DNA from: the human T2T-CHM13v2.0 reference genome, Homo sapiens
DNA length: 64,000 nt
Assembly (NCBI RefSeq): GCF_009914755.1
Contig: NC_060928.1
Reading direction: 5' to 3' (one strand)
Both the position numbers and the translations under genes were made by a program. The first letter of the stretch is position 1, and every line of letters begins with the position of its first letter. This document shows positions 56,798 to 64,000 of the stretch, piece by piece. The notes beneath the pieces were generated by a model, which did no database searches, was not told the origin of the DNA, and saw only the letters and a program-made list of their open reading frames with translations.

Positions 56798-57474
56798 AGA
56801 AAGTCCACTTCTTGTCTTATTTACTAGCCTCATAATTTCATGGTCACTTCCTATTATATGATATTTATTCACTTTTTTAACTTGTTTATGATAGTAAAAT
56901 TACATTTTTACAGTTCTGAATTTTAAGAAGAGCATACAATCATATAACTACTACCATAATCAAAAAACCAAATAGTTTCACTACACCCCAAATTTTCCTC
57001 TTGTTGTACTTTTGTAGTAAATTCCTCCTCTGCTCCACAATCCTCAACAACCACTGATCTGTTTTCTGTTTCTATATTTTGCCTTTTCTAGGATATCATA
57101 CAACTGGTGTTATATATTAAAGTCTGGATTTTCTCACTTAAGAAAACAGATTTCAGATTCATCCATGTTGTTTTGTGTATCAATAGTTTTGTTGCTTTTT
57201 ATTGCTGAATAGTATTCATAGTAGACATGGGTCACAGTTTGTCTATCTATTCACCAGATGCAAGGTATTTGGATTACTTCCAACTGAAAATGATAGTGAA
57301 TAAAGTCAATGCATACATTCACTTATGGGATTTTGTGTGAAAACAAGTTTGTATTTCTCTTTGGTAATTTCCTAGGAGTGAGATTCCTGGGTCGTATGAT
57401 ATTTATATGTTTAACTTCAGAATGGCTGTACCATTTTTGTGCTCACTAGACAATATACAGTATTCCAGTTGTTC

Positions 57475-57815
57475 TGTATTCTTGCTGAGACCAGGTAATT
57501 TAAAAATAATAGAAACTCATTTCTTACAGTTTTGGAGGATGGACATTCCAAGATCAAGGTATTCACAGGTTTGGTGTCTGATGAAGGCCCAGGTTTTGCA
57601 TCCCAGATGGTAACTTGAATACTGTGTTCTTATGTGGTAGAACAAAAGAGGGTCTACTTAGGTTTCTCCAGCCCTTTTATAAAGTTCCCCATCCCATCTA
57701 TGGCTAATCTCATGGCCTAATTACTTCCTAAAGACCCCACCTCTTAACACTGTTGCATTGCGGATTATGTCTCAACATAAATTTTAGAGGAGGCACAAAC
57801 ATCTAAACAACCACA
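57475..57815 (-). mobile_element. MST(C/D)-like MaLR LTR
   Basis: gaccaggtaattta...ttcttacagttttggagg...ccaagatcaagg...accccacctcttaacactgttgcattg...aggcacaaacatctaaac. Confidence 0.75.
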
Positions 57816-58312
57816 ATATAGTATGTAAAATAACTATATATACATATATGTCAATATATGATGTTGAACAGCATTTTATATCATAATATATATTATACAA
57901 TGTTGAACATATTTTATGTGATTACAGGCAACCTGTATATATTCTTTGGTGAGATATTTTTCTCAAATCTTTCATCTATGTTTTAATTGGGTTATTCATT
58001 TTCTAATTATTGAGATTAAAAGTTTGTTATATATGTACTTTGTCAGCTATGAGTTTTGCAAATATTTCCTTCTGAGCCTTTGTCATGTCTACTTATTATT
58101 TTAGTGGGGCCTTTCAAAGAGTAGAAGTGTTACATCTTAATTATATTTACTTTTTTCTAGATCATGTTATTTATTTCATATTAAAGATATATGATTTGTG
58201 TTCTTTGCCTAAGACCACAACATTTTTTAGTTTTAGGTTTTACAGTAAAGTTAATGATCAATTTGTAGTTTTTTTGGTGTGTGAGATACATGATACAGAT
58301 CATTTTTGGGGG

Positions 58313-60030
58313 CATATATGTCATATACATGATATATATCATGTGTATCATATATCATATCATACCATGATATATATCATGTGTATCATATATCATATCA
58401 TACACATGATATATATCATGTGTATCATATATCATATCATACACATGATATATATCATGTGTATCACATATATCATACACATGATATATATGTGTATCAC
58501 ATATATCATACACATGATATATATCATGTGTATCACATATATCATACACATGATATATATCATGTGTATCACATATATCATACACATGATATATATCATG
58601 TGTATCATATGTTATATCATACACATGATATATATCATGTGTATCATATGTTATATCATACACATGATATATATCATGTGTATCATATGTTATATCATAC
58701 ACATGATATATATCATGTGTATCATGTTATATCATATATATGATATATATCATGTGTATCATATGTTATATCATATATATGATATATATCATGTGTATCA
58801 TGTTATATCATATATATGATATATATCATGTGTATCATATGTTATATCATATATATGATATATATCATGTGTATCATGTTATATCATATATATGATATAT
58901 ATCATGTGTATCATGTTATATCATATATATGATATATATCATGTGTATCATATGTTATATCATATATATCATGTGTATCATATGTTATATCATATATATG
59001 ATATATATCATGTGTATCATATATCGTATATATGATATATATCATGTGTATCATATCATATCATATATATCATATATATCATGTGTATCATATATCATAT
59101 ATATGATATATATCATGTGTATCATATATTATATCATATATATGATATATATCATGTGTATCATATATATCATATATATGATATATATCATGTACATCAT
59201 ATATATGATATATATCATGTATATCATATATTATATCATATACATTATATATCATGTATATCTTATATCATATATATCATATATAGCATATGATATATCA
59301 TATATCATATATAGCATGTATATCATATATTATATCATATATCATATATAGCATATATAGCATATGATATATCATATATATAATATACAGCATATGATAT
59401 ATCATATATTATATCATATATAGCATATATCATATATATCATATATAGCATATGATATATCATATATATCAGCATATATCATATATAGCAGCATATGACA
59501 TATATATCATATATAGCATATGGTATATATCATATATAGCATATGGTATATATCATATATAGCATATGGTATATATCATATATAGCGCATATGATATATA
59601 TCATATATAGCGCATATGATATATATCATATATAGCGCATATGATATATATCATATATAGCGCATATGATATATATCATATATAGCGCATATGATATATC
59701 ATATATGGCATATATGATATATCATATATAGCATGTGATATATATCATATCATATATAGCATGTGATATATATTATATCATATATAGCATGTGATATATA
59801 TTATATCATATATAGCATGTGATATATATATATCATATATACCATATATTATATATCATATATAGCATATGATATACATTATATATCATATATAGCATAT
59901 GATATACATTATATATCATATCACTTATATCATATATCTATATAACATATATATCATATATATCATGTCATATATCATATATCATATGTCATATATGATA
60001 TATTATATGATATATATCATATATTATATC
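58313..60030. repeat. ~1.7-kb AT-rich minisatellite/VNTR with palindromic units
   Basis: 36-39-bp units containing atacacatgatatatatcatgtgtat, grading into shorter atcatatatagc(g)catatgatat units. Confidence 0.95.
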
Positions 60031-60244
60031 AGAGACAGTTTTAGTTTCTCTTTTCCAATTCATACCTTATTGATTGATTGATTGATTGGCCTTTTCTACT
60101 GTGTAGGACCTCCAATATTATATTGAATTAAAGAGGTAAGAGAAAACACCCTTCCTTCATTTCAATCTTAGATTGAAATGAATCTAAGAATCCTATGTTT
60201 TCTAAGTTTCTCGCTGAGCACTGCTCTACCAGCAGCCCACAAGG

Positions 60245-60245
<1 letters not shown>

Positions 60246-60289
<44 letters not shown>

Positions 60290-60303
60290 AATATATACAT
60301 ACA
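60246..60303. repeat. (TA)n microsatellite
   Basis: Direct reading. Confidence 0.9.
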
Positions 60304-60959
60304 TTTTTATTCAAACTTTTTAGTTTTAATTTTGAATTTTTCTTGACTCATGGAATTTTTTAAGAAGTACATTTAACTTTTAAATATTTGGAAACTTTTC
60401 AGACATCTTTTTGTTACTGATTTCACTTATAATTCTGTTTTGGTAAAAAGCTATAAATTGGATGTTTTCTAGTATTTTAAATTCGTTGAATTTTGTGTTC
60501 CAGAACATAGTCTATCTTGACAAATGTTCAATTTTGTGAACATAGTTAAGTGCAAAATTGTGAACTTAAAATAAGTTATCTCTTGTTGCTTTTGATAGAG
60601 CCACCTATAAAAATCAAAGGGATTGAGTTCATTGTAAATATTGTTCAGATCTTCTATATCCTTCCTATTTTTCTATCTATTTTTGAATAATAACATTTCT
60701 AATGAAAATTGTTGGATTTGCTTCTTTATACTTTTAGTTTTATCAGATTTTACTTCACGTAATAACCTCTCTTGATAGGTTCATACACACAAATTTCATG
60801 TATTCTTGGCAAATTGGCTATTATATCACTATGTCATTTTTCTTTTTGTTCCCAGTAATTTATCTTGTTATAGAGTATAATATTTCTAACACTAAAATTT
60901 ATGTTCAAATTTTGTTTTGACAAGTGCCTTTTTTCTTTTATTGTATCACATTTTCCTTC

Positions 60960-61324
60960 TGGTATAGGCTGAATGCTGAGTACTTCCAAAATTCATATGT
61001 TGAGATCTAATCAGCAATGAGATGGTATTTGGAGGTGACGCATTTGGGGGTGATTAGGTTATGAGGATGCAAACTTCATAAAGAGGGTTAGTTTCCTACA
61101 AGGCAGGCCCCACAGAACTCCTTTGCCTCCTTTGCCACATGAGGTTACAGCAAGAAGACTGCACTCTAGAACAGGAAATAGACCTTCACCAGACACTAAA
61201 TCTGTGGGTTCCTTGATCTCTTCAACTTCCCAGTTTCCACAACTGTAAGAAAGAAATTTTGTTGTTAACAAGTCATTCATTCGGTCTGTGGTAGTTTGTT
61301 ATGGCAGCCGAATGGACTAAGGTA
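60960..61324 (+). mobile_element. MLT1A-like MaLR solo LTR
   Basis: ggctgaatg...ccaaaattcatatgttgagatcta...ccttgatct...cccagtttccacaactgtaagaaagaaattt...tttgttatggcagccgaatggactaag. Confidence 0.85.
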
Positions 61325-61514
61325 CTGTCTTTTAAAAACACTTATCTTATCTGTATCTTTATTATTAAAGTGAATTATTTTGTAGAAAGTCCACTGTTGG
61401 GTCTTGCATTTTTTCCAAGTTGGCAATCTATGGCTTTTGGTCACTGTATTTAGAAGAATTACATTTATTTCACTATCAATATGGTTGCATTTAGGTCTGC
61501 TATTTCATTATTAG

Positions 61515-62092
61515 TTTATATGTCTTTTGACTACTCCTATGTTTTCTTTTGAGAACTGTCATGTCTTTTGCCCACTTTTTAATGGGGTTATTTGTTTTTA
61601 GCTTGTTGTATTAACTTAGATAGAGAGAGAGAGATAAAGATTCTGGATACTAGACCTTTGTTGGATGCATAGTTTGTGAATATTTTTTCCCTTTCTGTGG
61701 GTTGGCTGTTTACTTGTTGATAGTTTCTTTTGCTGTGCAGAAGCTCTTTAGTTTAAGTCTCACTGTCAATTTTAGTTTTTGTTGCAATTGCTTTTGAGGA
61801 CTTAGACATAAATTATTTCCCAAGGCTGATGTCCAGAATGGTGTTCCCTAGGTTTTCTCCTAGCATTTTTAGAGTTTGAGATCTTACATTTAAATTCTGT
61901 TAACTTTCACATATAATGAAAGATAGGGGTCCAGTTTTACTCTCCTGCATTTGACTGGCCAGCAATCAAAGCACTGTTTATTAAATAAGTTGTCGTTTCC
62001 CCATCACTAATTTTTGTCAACTTTGTTGAAGATCAGGTGGCTGTACGTATATGGCTTTATTTTTGGGTTCTCTAACCTGTGTCATTGGTCTA

Positions 62093-62130
<38 letters not shown>

Positions 62131-64000
62131 GATTTGTTTTTGTACCAGTACCATGCTGTTTTGGTTACTATATCCTTATATTATAGTTCAAATTTGGATA
62201 ATGTGATGCCTCTGATTTTGTTCATTTTGCTTGGGATTGCTGGGATATTCAGACTATTTCTTGATTCTATATGCATTTTATAATAGTTTTTTTCAAATTC
62301 TCTGAAGCAAATGACCTTGGTAGTTTGATAAGAATAGCATTGAATCTGTAGATTGTTTAGGAAGTGTGGCCATTTTAATGATACTGATTTTTACAGTCCA
62401 TGAGCATAGAATGTTTTTATATTTGTTTCATCTATAAATTCTTTCACCAGTGTTTCATAGTTTTCCTTGTAGAGATCTTTTATCTCCTTGGTTAGATGTA
62501 TTCCTAGGTATTTTTTGTGATTATTGTAAATGGTATTGTGTTGTTATTTTGGCTCCCACCTTGAACATTATTGGTTTATAGAAACGCTGTTGAATTTTGT
62601 ACATTGATTTTGTATCCTGAAACTTTACTGAAGTAATTTACCATTTCCAGGAGCCTTTTGGCAGAATCTTTAGGGTTTTCTAGGTATAGAATCATACCAT
62701 CAGTAAAGAGAGATAGTTTAACTTCTTTTCCTATTTTGATAGCTTCTATTTTTTTTTTCCTTTTGCCCAATTGCTCTGGCTAGAACTTACAGAACTATGG
62801 TGAATAGGAGTGGTGAGAGTGAACATCCTTGTCTTGTTATAGTTCTCAAGGGGAATGCTTCCAGATTTTGCTAATTCAGTATGATGTTGACTGTGGGTTT
62901 GTCATACATGGCTTTTATTATTTTGAGGTAAGTTCCTTTGATGCCTATTTTGTTGAGGGTTTTCATCATGAAGGGATGTTGGATTTTATCAAAGGCTCCT
63001 TCCTTGTCTATTGAGATGATTATGTAGTTTTGTTTTTAATTTTGTTTATGTAGTAAATCACATTCATTGATTTGTGTGTATTGAACCAACCTTGAATGCC
63101 AGAAATGAAACCTAATTTATTATAGTAAATTCATGTGCTGGTGGATACAAAATACTAGTTCACTAGTATTTTTGAGGATTTGTGTGTCTATGTTTACCAG
63201 GGTTATTGACTTGTAGTTTTCTTTTACTGTTGTGCCTTTGACAGGTTTTGGAATCAGGGTGAGGCCGGATTTATAAAATGAGTAAGGAGTCTCTCCTACT
63301 TGAAATTTTAGATTAGTTTCAGCAGAATTAGTACCAGCTCTTCTTTGTACATCTGGCAGAATTCTGTTACAAATCCATCTGGAATGTTTCTTTTTGGTTA
63401 ATTTTTTTTATTATTGGTTCAATTTTGAAACTCAATATTGGTCTGTTCAGGGTTTTAGTTTCTCCCTGATTCCATCTTTGGATATTGTGTGTTTCCAGGA
63501 ATTTATCAGTTTCCTCTAGATTTCCTAGTTTATGTGATACAAGTCTTCATAATAGTCTCTGAGGATGTTTTGTATTTCCATGGAATCAGTTGTGACATCA
63601 CCTTCATTGTTTTTAATTGTGCTTATTTGGACCTTCTGTGTATTTTTATTTATTAATCTAGCTAGCAGTCTATTCATCTTCTTTGTCTTTTCAAAAAACC
63701 AATTCTTTATTTTGTTGTTTTTTAATATGTATTTTGGGTCTCAATTTCATTCAGTTCTACTCTGATTTGAGTTATTTATTTTCTTCTGCTAGCCTTGGGG
63801 TTAATTTGTGCTTGTTTTTCAAGTTCCTGTAGGTGTGATGTTAGATTGTTAATTTGAGATCTTTCTAACATTTGAGGTAAGCATTTAACACTATAAACTT
63901 TCCTATTAACACTGCTTTTGCTGCATCTCAGAGATTTTGGTATGTTGGATCTCTGTTTTCATTTATTTCAAAAAAATTGATTTCTGCCTTAATTTACTTG
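61515..64000 (-). mobile_element. L1PB-like LINE-1 ORF2 region, continuing past the window end
   Basis: Minus-strand [31 protein letters not shown]...[12 protein letters not shown]; contains (AG)n and (TG)n expansions. Confidence 0.9.

Larger units (their letters stand above)
56870..61510 (-). mobile_element. Old L1 (L1MB/ME-like), fragmented by nested insertions and a VNTR
   Basis: caaccactgatctgttttctg...ttcatccatgttg...cctaggagtgagattcctgggtc...; resumes at ~57860, ~60030 and ~61325. Confidence 0.7.

Noticed and set aside
58355-59200. Palindromic repeat array resembling a CRISPR array
   Set aside because: There are no unique spacers or cas genes, and the context is primate; it is a minisatellite
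58085-59351. 244-aa and overlapping Ile/Tyr/His/Met-rich ORFs
   Set aside because: They come from the VNTR, whose mostly 36/39-bp units lack stops in several frames on both strands; there is no gene context

Overview
AT-rich, CpG-depleted primate (human-like) non-coding DNA, either intergenic or deep-intronic, and dominated by interspersed repeats. These include Alu (J, S, Y and FLAM/FRAM pieces), L1 of many ages, MaLR/ERV LTRs (MST, THE1, MLT1, MER67-like), MIR/L2 and small DNA transposons (Tigger3, MER3, MER5). No cellular protein-coding gene, structural RNA gene or CRISPR array is supported. The long ORFs are L1 ORF1/ORF2/ORF0 remnants or artefacts of a tandem repeat. The largest element is a full-length but disabled L1PA3-type LINE-1 (40404-46545) with a 16-bp TSD. 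I found no evidence of a novel gene system; the unexplained signals are fossil DNA-repair and retrotransposition events. The strongest is a ~190-bp chimeric insertion at 39125-39335, stitched from two other sites in this window (36197-36254 and 47576-47689) and flanked by an 18-bp direct repeat, which looks like a multi-template-switch (FoSTeS/MMBIR or Pol-theta type) scar. Other items are a ~1.7-kb array of 26-bp palindromes (58313-60030), an extended 165-aa L1 ORF0 reading out into the flank, a twin-primed L1 with a microhomology-trimmed Alu, and one 66-bp candidate exon. Repeat subfamily names and boundaries come from recall of consensus sequences, not from a RepeatMasker run, so they are approximate.
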